A DNA stretch of 62,803 nt, the filler included, from Dugesia japonica (lineage: Eukaryota): assembly GCA_001938525.1 (NCBI GenBank). It is 5 parts of 5 records of this genome, joined end to end, with 100 filler letters (N's around TTAATTAATTAA, not from the genome) between each part and the next. Parts side by side here need not be neighbours in the genome. Positions count along the whole stretch, not along the records: positions 10,098 to 20,648 come from MQRL01639175.1; positions 20,749 to 33,303 come from MQRL01592185.1; 3 more parts are not named here. The stretch is one strand, 5' to 3'. This document shows positions 12,828-24,841 of the stretch, piece by piece. Positions within the stretch are counted from its first letter, which is position 1. Each line of letters begins with the position of its first letter. Made by a program: the position numbers and the translations under genes. The notes under the pieces were generated by a model. It saw only the letters and a program-made list of their open reading frames with translations, did no database searches and had not been told where the DNA came from.

Positions 12828-13194
12828 TCGTAATATTATAGTTTTATATAGCACTGGACAATCTGGTGGTGAATTGCCATACTTTGTAGGAAAACAGTAT
12901 GGATCCGGATGTTTGCAAACAATTGGCCGATTTGATTTACCAATTCTTAGACGTATTGGTGCAGTTGAAACGGAAACATCACAAGATGTAATAAATAATA
13001 AAGCGAAAATTTTTCCATCACTCAAAAAAAATGCTATGAATGAATTTAACAATTTTTTGGATTTAGATGAGCTTACAGAAAGGCTCTCAAAACCAAAGGG
13101 TGAAGGAATTCTTAAAGGAAATGGAATAAAACGTAAGAATTCTATCTTGATGGGTATAAACAAACGAATGAAAAGATGTAAAAACAATATTTGA
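12820..13194 (+). CDS. Polinton GG-motif protein (putative protease-processed, membrane-active core protein)
   Basis: 124-aa open frame; GQSGGELPYFVGKQYGSG followed by an amphipathic segment, and basic tail KPKGEG..LKGNGIKRK; lies between penton and MCP. Confidence 0.65.
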   Translation: MSNRNIIVLYSTGQSGGELPYFVGKQYGSGCLQTIGRFDLPILRRIGAVETETSQDVINNKAKIFPSLKKNAMNEFNNFLDLDELTERLSKPKGEGILKGNGIKRKNSILMGINKRMKRCKNNI

Positions 13195-13197
13195 CTA

Positions 13198-14409
13198 ATG
13201 ATTTCTGGAAAAACAGAAATCTGCATTTTCTATCGTCCATCTCATCAAGGTGTTATTGAATATGGAGTATTTGAAGATGCATTTCAAATGAATAATACTT
13301 CTGAAAGTATAAATGATGTAGAACTGTTTATAAATGGATCGCAAACTGAATATTTGGATTTAAATGATACTCTCTTGTGTGTTCAAGTGAAGGTAGTGGA
13401 TAAGAATGGTAAGAATTTGAAGAAACGTCTGATGTAGTACCAGGGAATTTCATATTGCATACTCTATTCAAAGATGTAATTCTTCAATTAAATAATTTTG
13501 AAGTTGAAGGTGGAAATGAAACTTATGTATCTAAAGTAATAATTGAGACTATTGTGACTTATAATGGAGATACAAAGGATGTTTCTCTTAACGCAATGGG
13601 ATTTGGAAATAATACTTTTAGACAAACAAGCATTAGATCATCAAAACCATGGTCTCTATGTGGTCTTCTACAACTAGACTTCATAGATCAACCGAAATCT
13701 CTTATTCCAAGTGTCAATGCTTACATTCAATTGAAAAGATCGGAAACAAGGATTTTTTAGAATCCAAACTTGATGAACAAAAATATAAATTATTGGATGC
13801 AAAATTAATGATTAGAAGAGTTCGAGTGAATTAATCAGTACTAACAGCTCATTAAATTGGATTAACCAAACAAAATGCTATTTATCCTATAAAAACCAAG
13901 GAAATTGTATCGTATGCAATTAGTAAAGACCTTTCATCATTTTATAAGGAGCAAATCTTTGGAGATTACTAACTTTTATTCTGGTTGAATTTCAAGACGA
14001 AGAAAGATATAAAGAAATTTATCAAATACAAAGCTCACTTTTCAATAATTTCAATATTAAATCTTTGACATTGTTTAAGAATGGAGATTTCAGAGAGACT
14101 TACACGCACGATTTTAAAAGTAATGATTATAGTACATCATATATGCAGTCAAAAGTTAGAAATATGGGATATCTAAACAAGAATATGAATTGTGGAATAA
14201 CACTAAAAGATTTTAAGACCAAATATCCATTTTCCACTTTTGTCCTGGCTCCAGACTTTGATATAAATCAGATTCAATTACCGATGCAGGTTAATCTTAA
14301 TCTAAATATAAAATTCGATTCTTCATTAGTGGCACCAGCACATGTAATAATCTACGATGTTTTTGAAAACGAGATTCAAATTACTGTCAAGAGACAAATA
14401 TTGTTTTAA
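13198..14409 (+). pseudogene. Double jelly-roll major capsid protein
   Basis: KTEICIF, VELFINGSQTEYLDLNDTLL, HTLFKDVILQLN, LQLDFIDQPKSLIPSVN, NAIYPI, GITLKDF..FVLAPD..NLNLNIKF..IIYDVFENEIQI; frameshifted. Confidence 0.88.
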
Positions 14410-14499
14410 ACAATCTACTTTGGTTTAAACAATCAAAATGTAGTGAAAATTTTAAGAAAATGAAGTAAAATTTTATTATTCATATAATGTATTTATTTA

Positions 14500-14898
14500 A
14501 TTAGTTCAATTCAGATCAATAAAATCGGAAAAGAATGGTTAGTATAAGATTGGTTAGGAGTATTTCCATTAGACAAGATTTCATATATTCCAGTTAATAG
14601 AGCACTTGCGATGAACAATCAGAGCTCTAACCTCGAAGGTGAGCATGTGTTAGTGGTTTATCATAAACCTGAACATATCCTAATATTTGATCCATTTGGA
14701 TTTTATTATCCATCAATACTAGTATCGCAACTATCGAGTTTATCCAAGCCAATTATTTATAATAGAACACAGTACCGGAAATTACTCTCTACGAATTGCG
14801 GTAAAATTTGTCTGTTATGGTTAAGAAAACAACATGGCGGAAGTAAGAAATATTCTGGAAAAGTATCAAATATGCAGAAAAATCAACATGGCAGATGA
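14500..14898 (+). pseudogene. Adenain-like (C5) maturation cysteine protease
   Basis: WLGVFPLDKI, N..SNLEGEHV (catalytic His, usually HW), IFDPFG (Asp), YNRTQY...STNCGKICLLWL (Gln, Cys). Confidence 0.85.
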
Positions 14899-15799
14899 AT
14901 TTTGTATTGAATAAATGTATTGAATAAAAACGTGTTATTTATTAAATTTATAATTATTTACTGTGTAAACTTTTAATATGAATATTTTTTATTGTTAAAT
15001 TATTTAAATTAATATTTTATTGTTAAATTATTTAAATTAATATTTTATTGTATATGTATTTATCTTTGAATAAATTCTATTAGAAATAATATTTAATTCT
15101 ATTTGTATTACTATTTAATTATACTCAATTAATATTGTATTCTATTTGACTTTATCTTTGAATAAATTGTAATTGAATTTATCTTTGAAGAAATTATAAT
15201 TAAGTTTTTTTTGTTTAATCACATCAATTATTTAAAAAACATTATTAAGTAAACACTTGGTATATAAAGTGTTCAACATAATGTTCAATTTTTCAAAAAT
15301 CAGCATGTAACGCATTTTTAAATTTTTATTATTTTACATTTTTTTAGTTTTAGATAATGTCTGGTAGCAATAATAATAATAATAATATTAATAATAACAA
15401 TCAATGAATCAAAACAATAAAAGAACATTTCAACAAGTATTTTTATTCTTTTTTAATCTGTTTTATTTTCATTTAAATTTATTACAGTATGAATGGAAAT
15501 AATTCTAATTTTCTTGATCAAATTAATATGATGAATCAAATGTACTTAATGATGTAACAAAATATGATAAACCAGAATATGATGTTTTCAAATATGAATA
15601 ATGTAATTCCGAATTTTCAACAATTTATGCCAAATATTTCAATTAATTTGCCAAATACCACAAATTATGCTTCAAATATGATGAATGCAATGCCGGATAT
15701 GACAAGCTATGGTCAAAATTATATGAATGTCAAACAAAAAGATAGTATTTTATTGATTATTATTGTTATTACTATGATAGATCTAATACCATAAATATC

Positions 15800-16230
15800 A
15801 CATTTTGGTTCACTGATGAAGATATTGTTATCTTTGCAAACATATCACCAATACTCAAGTTAAATACCTTTCTCCTTGCATTCAATTCATAATTGCATAT
15901 TATAAAGAACCTAGTACACTGTCCAGTGTTAATATTTTGAAAGCTAAAACTATTCTTTGTCCAGTAAATATTGAGAATATGCATTGGATCCTATTCGTCT
16001 ATCAAAAATTTTGATAAAAATTAGTTTTTACATTGATCCTATTCAACAAACTGAAAATAACTCATTTAATAGAATAATCTCAGAAAAACTTATAACAGCT
16101 TTCAATTTCTTATCTACTATTGAAGCTAAAGTAGTTCATCATCCATTGAAATACTAGCAACATCAGTACAACAACTATGATTGCAAACCATTTACCTGTG
16201 CCTATGCTATTCTAATACACAATAAATTAA
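15800..16230 (+). pseudogene. Ulp1/SENP-like (C48) cysteine protease remnant, probably transposon-borne
   Basis: Across frameshifts: FWFTDEDI (cf. WLNDEVI), TILCPVNIENMHWILFVY, FYIDP, QHQYNNYDCKPFTCAYA (cf. QxNxYDCG). Confidence 0.7.
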
Positions 16231-17497
16231 TATCATTACCAGAAAACTTTATTAACGATATTCGAACAGAAACTTATCAATTATAAATGAAAATTGTTAA
16301 TAATAAAACAGCAGAAAATCCTGGTGGTGGTATTCTGATAATTAAATCTAACAAAAACAACTAAAAAACCAGCAACTCCTCTTGTAAAGATTGGGACTAC
16401 CAAACTCTGTGAAGCCTTGCATAACGACTCTACTTCAATATTGGTACCTCAAACATTTAAACTTGTTAATCTTATCTGAAGATCTAACNNNNNNNNNNNN
16501 NNNNNNNNNNNNNNNNNNNNNNNNNNNNNNNNNNNNNNNNNNNNNNNNNNNNNNNNNNNNNNNNNNNNNNNNNNNNNNNNNNNNNNNNNNNNNNNNNNNN
16601 NNNNNNNNNNNNNNNNNNNNNNNNNNNNNNNNNNNNNNNNNNNNNNNNNNNNNNNNNNNNNNNNNNNNNNNNNNNNNNNNNNNNNNNNNNNNNNNNNNNN
16701 NNNNNNNTTCAAAAGTCAAATGTGAACACGGTTTTAATGTCATTCATTTCTCTTCAACTGATCCAATTTACTTTCCAGCTGTATTTATTGTACAAACAGA
16801 AAAAATATTGTTCAATATTAGAATTGACAATGCAATTGTGTATGATTTATTGCATAAACTGAATGAAAAAATTGGTGACGATAACCTTCTCTTAGCTGGA
16901 TTAATGGGGAAAAAAACGAAAAAATTATCCAAATGTATTTCAACGGCCTCAATTTGCCGATCACGTCTATGCTACTAGGAACTAGTGGTTTAGAGAATTT
17001 TATAAGTTTGGCTGTATATTTTTAATATTCGTTTTTGTAAATTCATTAATATTTTGTTTAATTTAACACTGATAATTATGCCGACTGTATGAAACCAAAA
17101 TTAAATAATATTTTTCAAACTTGTTCAAAGTTTCCTCATTATTGCATGCATTGAATCTTTGGAATAATCTTTTCGGTCAATCAAGCGTTTATTTTATTTT
17201 TACTAATTTCATTAAATCATATTTTACAGATCACTGAACAAATAATTTAAAATGTTTTTAATTAGTCATGTTTGTAGTTATTTTCATTTACTAATTGAAC
17301 AAAAAAGTCCTTTATTTTTAGTAATGATTTCTTTTGATCAGTTTTCACATGAAAAAAGAGAGAATTTTTTAAATTAAAATTCGAAAAACAAATAAAATGA
17401 AATAAAAAGAATAAGCAAAAGAGAAAAATAATTTTGGCAATAATAATATTATTCTAATCATTAATAATAAAATTGAGGTGCCTAGATGCAACCCAAA

Positions 17498-17498
<1 letters not shown>

Positions 17499-17563
<65 letters not shown>
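17499..17563. repeat. (TAT)n microsatellite running into a gap
   Basis: Direct reading; source of the poly-I/Y/L/N pseudo-ORFs. Confidence 0.95.
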
Positions 17564-18830
17564 NNNNNNNNNNNNNNNNNNNNNNNNNNNNNNNNNNNNN
17601 NNNNNNNNNNNNNNNNNNNNNNNNNNNNNNNNNNNNNNNNNNNNNNNNNNNNNNNNNNNNNNNNNNNNNNNNNNNNNNNNNNNNNNNNNNNNNNNNNNNN
17701 NNNNNNNNNNNNNNNNNNNNNNNNNNNNTATTAATAATCTTAATAATAATAAAGATAATAATAATATATGGATAGATAGAAGCCACAATCATGGCTACTA
17801 TCTTTGTGGTTATCTAAGATGCTCGTTTCCTCAACCAATGCTATGTGATCTTCTAAAGGTGACCTCTATTCTCCAAAAAATTAAAGCATCATCAATAATT
17901 TCCAAGGTACATCATGAAATGCATGAAGATTTGAGTCATGGCAATTATTATCATATTATTATCATATTGACATATTTTATTAGTAATTATCATTACAAGC
18001 TGTTTACATTATTCATTACTAAGCAAGTGTTTNNNNNNNNNNNNNNNNNNNNNNNNNNNNNNNNNNNNNNNNNNNNNNNNNNNNNNNNNNNNNNNNNNNN
18101 NNNNNNNNNNNNNNNNNNTGTAGAAGAAACTTTGCTGTAGAATTTGATTGGTTGAAAATGTATGGATAGAAAACATTTTTGGAGCAGAATTTCATTGGTT
18201 GAAAATTTTTTCCAGCTGCTTTAAAATTTTTTTTATTTATTTAAAATAATTATTTGTGGCCCTAATGAGGACCGACATACGTGCTTACGTGCATTATTCG
18301 TTTACTTCATTAATCTTTTCGTTCTTTAAATTAACTAATGGCCGTTGCTTTTTTCCCCATAGAAAATGAATAATTTATATCAATAAAATTTTCAACCATG
18401 TCATCTATTATTTTACTAAATTCATTATTGTGTTACGTGCATATCAAGTGGGTTTATAATGGTTTTTTTCATAATTTCTTTATTATTTTTGCACTCGTAA
18501 TGCATTTGTATCGCAATACAACTAAAATAATAATATTAAAACAAATCTTTTCAAATTTAACTTTTAAACTAAATAAATAATCAATTAATTAAGCAAATAA
18601 AACTAAATAACTAAAATAAAAAAGAATTTCTAAAAACAAGATTTATTGAATAAAATGTTCTCTTTTTCACAATGTCTGAATTTTTTTTCATGATTCTTTT
18701 GAGATCACTAAATAAAAATATATTAATACATTTTTAATACAATAACTTTATATTTATCAATGTCGATTGACTTTCGATTGAACTGGATTGAGCTGGATGG
18801 ATTGTCTCCAGTAATTTATGAGAAAAAGTA

Positions 18831-18940
18831 CTACATATCTAGTGTGATATGACCATATGGTACACTTATATTCTTTTCTACCAATAATCTTTTATTGTCG
18901 ATATTTGATCATGTCACTTTTTGACTCTTTATACTGTAGA
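18831..18940 (-). pseudogene. C-terminal tip of protein-primed family B DNA polymerase (pPolB)
   Basis: YSIK..KVT.S.IDNKR.......SVPYGH fits the Polinton pPolB terminal motif (YTIxxxKxALSxxDDKR...TLPYGH). Short, but in the expected context. Confidence 0.7.
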
Positions 18941-19670
18941 GTAGACACCTAGTCATGCCGATCCAAGCCACTTTGATCCAATTTGATTAATATGAATAGA
19001 ACTTTTGAAATAAAATAATATTAATCTAATAATACTTACTTCATAATTTTAAAGGAAATATGCAAGATATTGTTTAAACTAATACTGTTCGGTTTGCATT
19101 TTTTTGGATTTCGGTTTCAAATACTCCATTAATAATAACATATGCCGGTACAATCAAACCTGTTGCAAATTTTTTATCCAATCACAAATGTCATTATTGT
19201 TTCAATTGGCTCTGATTTATATCGAAATAGGGATCTAGAACAAATGTAAAAAATGGATATTTAGTTTTAAACTCCTCAAGTTTTATTCAGAAATTCATAT
19301 TTTTTGTATCAAATTATTCCATATTTCGAACAATTTATTGTATGTATGTTGTGCTGTAATTATCGTTTTGAAAGTCTTGAGTATATGTTTCTCGATAATC
19401 AATATTTTTCAATAGGGAAATAGAAGTAGTATTTAAATGTTGAAATGTTGAACTAAATGTCTTATAACTATCATTAAATTGATCTCCATTTTGAAATGTA
19501 ATTAAAATAAAATTAGGTAAACGACGATTACCAAAGATTTTTTCCTTATAAGATGATGTACTTACTAATTGCATAAGCTACAATATCCTTGGTTCTTATT
19601 GGATAAAAATCATTTTGCTTGTTTAGTCCTATTTGGAAGACAAGCAAATACTGAAGATTCAACGCAAACA
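18831..19670 (-). mobile_element. Polinton copy 3: MCP C-terminal part, protease start, pPolB C-terminal tip
   Basis: 19074-19670 aligns to MCP (KEKIFGNRRLPNFILITFQ, DYRETYTQDFQND); ~18941-19005 aligns to the protease start of copy 1; 18831-18940 reads YSIKSQKVT*SNIDNKRLLVEKNISVPYGHITLDM*. Confidence 0.82.
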
Positions 19671-20648
19671 TAACCTTTTCTGAGAGAAGCAAGCATATTT
19701 TTACAGAAGATCCTATACAAAAAAAGTTCAGACTTTTATTTTGAGTCGATTAGTATCAAAAATTTTAAAAATATTAATCAAATGATTATAAATATAATTT
19801 ATAATTAATTACATAATTATATATTATTTCCTGAATGAAGCAATTGAATACAGCAAACCCCATATGAAATATGTTCAGTCTTTTAATTNGAGTTCAAGGA
19901 TACCAAATTGGTTTGGTTATCATAAGTATTTCCAGAGTAAATAATTTCTTTTATCCAAGGTGGGACATGTCACCTGACAATTTTCTGTCTTGTGAATGAA
20001 GCATATATATTCAGCAGACCTAACATAAAATATATTTAGAATTTCATTCTAAATCGAATGGTATCATTTACGACGCGATACGATGGGTCTTGACCGAGAA
20101 ATTTTTAGATCAGGGCCAAGTGATTCTGTGCTTCAATGCCTTTTCTGAAAATACCAAGCATATTTATACAGCAGATCCAAAACAAGAAATGTTTAGTTTC
20201 AAATTCTGAGATCAACGATACTAAACTTGTAATCGTACGATAAAAATTATCCAAAATAATTATCCATCTACTGTATAAATAGTAAGAACTATCTATATTA
20301 TATGAATAGGATTTATATTTTCACATCATTTAAAGATACGTTTGAAATTCTTTATTCCATGAAATAATTTTATATTTTTGAATACTCAATTTACTTTATA
20401 AAAAAAATTTTAAAAAAATAAAACCACATGTGAATAAATTATTTATAATAAACATAAATATTTATTAAATATATTATAATATTTTGTATGTAATAATTAT
20501 ATGTCCTTGTTAAAAGTTGGTATCATTTAGATATCATTATGATGCGTTGTGGTATTTAATAATTATGTAAAATCAATCATTCACAAATTTTCAATTTTTA
20601 CCAAATTTTACAAATTTTTACAATTTTTAATGAATACGAAGTAAATCA

Positions 20649-20748
20649 NNNNNNNNNNNNNNNNNNNNNNNNNNNNNNNNNNNNNNNNNNNNTTAATTAA
20701 TTAANNNNNNNNNNNNNNNNNNNNNNNNNNNNNNNNNNNNNNNNNNNN
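20649..20748. other. Artificial contig spacer
   Basis: N44-TTAATTAATTAA-N44. Confidence 0.95.
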
Positions 20749-21432
20749 ATATAAATATTACTTCAAAGTATTTATTTTATTAGAAGAAACTCAATAATAG
20801 AGATTATTTACTAAAATATGAGTTATGTTTATTATTTTGATAATTGGGAAAAGAATAAAGAAAAACTCCTGATTTTATTGATGAAAATCGAGAAATTGGA
20901 ATATACTTTTGTTATTGATAACGAAAATTGATAATTTACAATTTAATTAGATTAAATCAGTTTGTATATTTTCGTATCTTCTTATGATTACCAATTTAGA
21001 ATTTAAATTTAGATGTAAATTAAATAGAGAAAAGTAGAGAGTTAAAAAGAATTAAAACATCTGATTAAGAAGACATTGATCACTTAGAAAAAGTTCAATA
21101 ATAGCAATAGAATTATTAGAATTATTATTANNNNNNNNNNNNNNNNNNNNNNNNNNNNNNNTCTAGCTAATTTTTAAATTATTTGTTAGTAATTTCAATG
21201 CTATGCAACTAATTTTTGTTTGTAATTACACGTATAAAAGAGAAAATTAAGTTAATTACATAATTTTAGTTTGGTTTTTTTATTATAGGAATAATTTATT
21301 TACATACATTTCACATTTTATTATCAAATAATGAAAGTAACAGTTAATAATTTCAAATTTTCACGTTAATACAATTTAATATAATAATATTACGTAACTA
21401 GGGAATTAAAAATAATTATCAAAATATAATTA

Positions 21433-22100
21433 CAGGAAAACCTCATTTAATGCTCAAGATGGGTTCCAGAAAAAATGAGCGTTAATAGAGGTACTGAAAT
21501 ATGGAGTTTCGTTCATATTAGATTTGAGTTATTAAAGCAAATTTTAAGAATAAAAACAAAGTTTGACAACATTATACTTTTTATAAGTATAATACGTATC
21601 ACATCGTAACTAGAAAATAAATTAAAATTCAAAAAAAAAAATATAATAAAAACATCAAAAAAAGTTACATAACACAATGTACATAAATGATCATAAATAG
21701 AATTCTTAATTTATTTTTCTTTCATAAAGTTGTCTAAAGTTGATTGGTTAGATATCATACTTTTTTTCCTATAACAATTCCAAGTAGATTGATAGTGTGT
21801 TAATAACTCCTCCTTTATCGAGCAAGACCTTTCAAAGTTGGGATACTTTTTACATAAATTTTCCAATGAATTCTGAATTATCCCAATATAATGTTCTAAA
21901 CATGTTTTGTCAGGATTTTTTCAAAAGGATCTTCCAATTCTGAAAATTTCTATTGGTAATTTCTGTAATTGTCTGTAATTTCTATTGGTAATTGTACAAA
22001 ATGTCAATTAGGTAGAGCACGACGATAATCTTCAATTAATTCATGCACACTTGCCTCATCAACTTCCTCAAATCCAATTTCAGTAAAGGTGAGCTATAAC
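21433..22100 (-). mobile_element. Tigger/pogo element right-end remnant
   Basis: TA|caggaaaacctc TIR-like end at 21433; the minus strand encodes NQSTLDNF, like the Tigger KQxTLDxF C-terminus. Confidence 0.5.
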
Positions 22101-23649
22101 NNNNNNNNNNNNNNNNNNNNNNNNNNNNNNNNNNNNNNNNNNNNNNNNNNNNNNNNNNNNNNNNNNNNNNNNNNNNNNNNNNNNNNNNNNNNNNNNNNNN
22201 NNNNNNTTTTTTTGTACTGACTTGCAACCAAAATAGGTTACCCGGACCTGATTTATTAAAACAGAATTTTTCTTCAAAAATAATTTTAACATTATCCATT
22301 TGAAACAAATTTCTGATTTTTTTAAATCTATATTTCAAAAGGAAAAAGAGTAATAATAGAAATATCAAAAAACAGTATTTCTTTTTATTTTTTTTTAATC
22401 AAAAGCCATTTACAAATAATTGAAAACTTAAAATTTATAAAAACGAAAAGATTTTGATCATATATTAAATATTCATTTTCAAAAAAAAGTAATCTAAAAT
22501 TTTAAAATTACAATTATTTTTAAACTAATCGTTGCAATTTAAATTTATAAAAATGAAATAATTTTGATCATATTTTATATATTCATTTTCAAAAAAGTAC
22601 ATCTACCACTTTAATTTTAATTATCATTTTTATCATTTTTTATACATTTATGAAAATAAATATACAAATAATAAATTATTTTGCGTTGAGGAATAAGTCG
22701 TTAGAGTATTTTGAATATTGAAAATGTAAAAGATTGCATGTTTGATTTTTTTTTAATTTCATTATTTTTGATTCAATTTCACGCGATTATTGTGTTTTAG
22801 TGTGTAATATTCAAGGTCACAAATTTATACGTCATCTTTATACAATTACCTTTCTTTTTTAAAATCGCTTTCGGAAAGGTGATTTGTCCATTTTTTGTTT
22901 AAAGTTAGTTTTGTNNNNNNNNNNNNNNNNNNNNNNNNNNNNNNNNNNNNNNNNNNNNNNNNNNNNNNNNNNNNNNNNNNNNNNNNNNNNNNNNNNNNNN
23001 NNNNNNNGTCCAACCTTTAGCTACATTTGCCATTAATTTCAATTTAAGATGATCACATTTGATATATAGTTTTTTTGTTTAAGTTAGATGAATTTAGAGA
23101 AGTCGGATTATCAAAATCAAAATTTAACTCCAAAAAATTTATTTCAAAATAAAAACTATGCTTAACACTATTTGTTTATTTAAACAAATTAAAATACCGT
23201 GTTTTCATTGGTGATCATTTTTTAAAATTAATTTACTTTAATTTATTTAAAACATTTTATTNNNNNNNNNNNNNNNNNNNNNNNNNNNNNNNNNNNNNNN
23301 NNNNNNNNNNNNNNNNNNNNNNNNNNNNNNNNNNNNNNNNNNNNNNNNNNNNNNNNNNNNNNNNNNNNNNNNNNNNNNNNNNNNNNNNNNNNNNNNNNNN
23401 NNNNNNNNNNNNNNNNNNNNNNNNNNNNNNNNNNNNNNNNNNNNNNNNNNNNNNNNNNNNNNNNNNNNNNNNNNNNNNNNNNNNNNNNNNNNNNNNNNNN
23501 NNNNNNNNNNNNNNNNNTAAAACCACTCATCAATATATTCATCAATTTTTTTAATTTTCTTCGATTTTGAAAATGAGTGTTTTATTTGATTAAAGGTACA
23601 TTAATCTTTCTGTGAAAAATTACAAATGTTTAAAATGACGCAGCATTTG

Positions 23650-24101
23650 GTGATCAATCACTATCGAGAAAAACTGTATTGAATTGGTAAAAGCTCGACA
23701 GAAAAAGTCGTAAATAATTAAAAGATGCAAATCGTTCTCGTTTTTCATCAATATCATTGATTGAAGAAAATGTCGAAGAAATTAAAAGGAAAGTAATGTC
23801 GAATCGATATTTGATTATGAGAGAACTTGCTGAAATGGTAGCTTATCAACAAGTATAGTTTTAATTTTAACTGGTGGTTTAGGCCTGGAGCCTTTGGGAG
23901 CAAAATACATTCCAAAATCATTGAATTTTTTGCAAACACAACAGGCGATTAACGAAATTTCAAGTAAAATTTAATTATGTGGAAATTATTAAAAGTAAAT
24001 CAAAAATACAACTAAAAGTTTTATTAATTATAAGTTAATTTCATCCTCCTCATTAAGTTATTTGGAGAAATTAATCACCACATTTGAATAATATGTATTT
24101 G

Positions 24102-24136
<35 letters not shown>

Positions 24137-24652
24137 NNNNNNNNNNNNNNNNNNNNNNNNNNNNNNNNNNNNNNNNNNNNNNNNNNGTGATCAATCACTA
24201 TCGAGAAAAACTGTATTGAATTGGTAAAAGCTCGACAGAAAAAGTCGTAAATAATTAAAAAATGCAAATCGTTCTCGTTTTTCATCAATATCAATGATTG
24301 AAGAAAATGTCGAAAAAATTAAAAGGAAAGTAATGTCGAATCGATATTTGATTATGAGAGAACTTGCTGAAAATGGTGGCTTATCAACAAGTATAGTTTT
24401 AATTTTAACTAGTGTTTTAGGCCTGGAGCGTTTGGGAGCAAAATACATTCCAAAATCATTGAATTTTTTGCAAACACAACAGGCGATTATCGAAATTTCA
24501 AGTAAAATTTAATTATGTGGAAATTATTAAAAGTAAATCAAAAATACCACTAAAAGTTTTATTAATTATAAGTTAATTTCATCCTCCTCATTAAGTTCTT
24601 TGGAGAAATTAATCACCACATTTGAATAATATGTATTTGAATTATATATATA
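23650..24652 (+). repeat. Two near-identical ~465-bp copies (23650-24136, 24187-24652) containing a mariner transposase fragment
   Basis: ENVEKIKRKVMSNRYLIMRELAE..ILTSVLGLERLGAKYIPKSL is the mariner second HTH/WVP region. The copies flank a (TA)n tract plus gap and differ at roughly a dozen positions. Confidence 0.8.
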
Positions 24653-24841
24653 AATTTATTATTGGATAGATGAGGGATTAAAATATATTTTTAGAAATAC
24701 TTTAAATATTAGGTTGTAACATATGAAATGTCTAATTATGTAATAAAATAATAAATATATATCCATATATTTGATGGGGAATTATTAGAGGTTTTGCAGT
24801 ATTTAATTAAATATCTTCAAAATAACTTGTAAAATTTATAC

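Larger units (their letters stand above)
10100..14905 (+). mobile_element. Endogenous Polinton/Maverick (adintovirus-like) element, copy 1, pseudogenised
   Basis: Collinear, closely packed remnants: basic ORF, QKGG protein, integrase+chromodomain, penton, QSGG protein, major capsid, adenain protease. Homologous to 54890-62803 and 18831-19670. Confidence 0.9.

Noticed and set aside
10100-14905. A polymerase-less satellite virus or novel capsid-encoding transposon
   Set aside because: Copy 3 retains a pPolB-like C-terminal motif, and copies 1 and 2 are truncated where pPolB would lie.
14985-15200. Short AT-rich tandem repeats as a CRISPR array or Polinton terminal repeat
   Set aside because: No unique spacers, eukaryotic context, and no matching inverted terminus seen.
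15500-16300. Alternative genetic code (stop reassignment) to explain frequent in-frame stops
   Set aside because: Stops co-occur with frameshifts and differ between homologous viral copies; host exons (TFIIA-gamma, KLC) have no internal stops.
17369-18140. Long ORFs with poly-I/L/Y/N and X runs (also 23243-23545, 43628-43885, 45842-46405 and others)
   Set aside because: Artefacts of trinucleotide microsatellites and N gaps.
19850-20275. Possible host exon(s) on the minus strand
   Set aside because: Stops in all frames and no recognisable motif; not supportable.
23650-24652. Functional tandem duplication or array
   Set aside because: Two copies flank a (TA)n tract plus gap; most simply an uncollapsed allelic overlap or local duplication of mariner debris.
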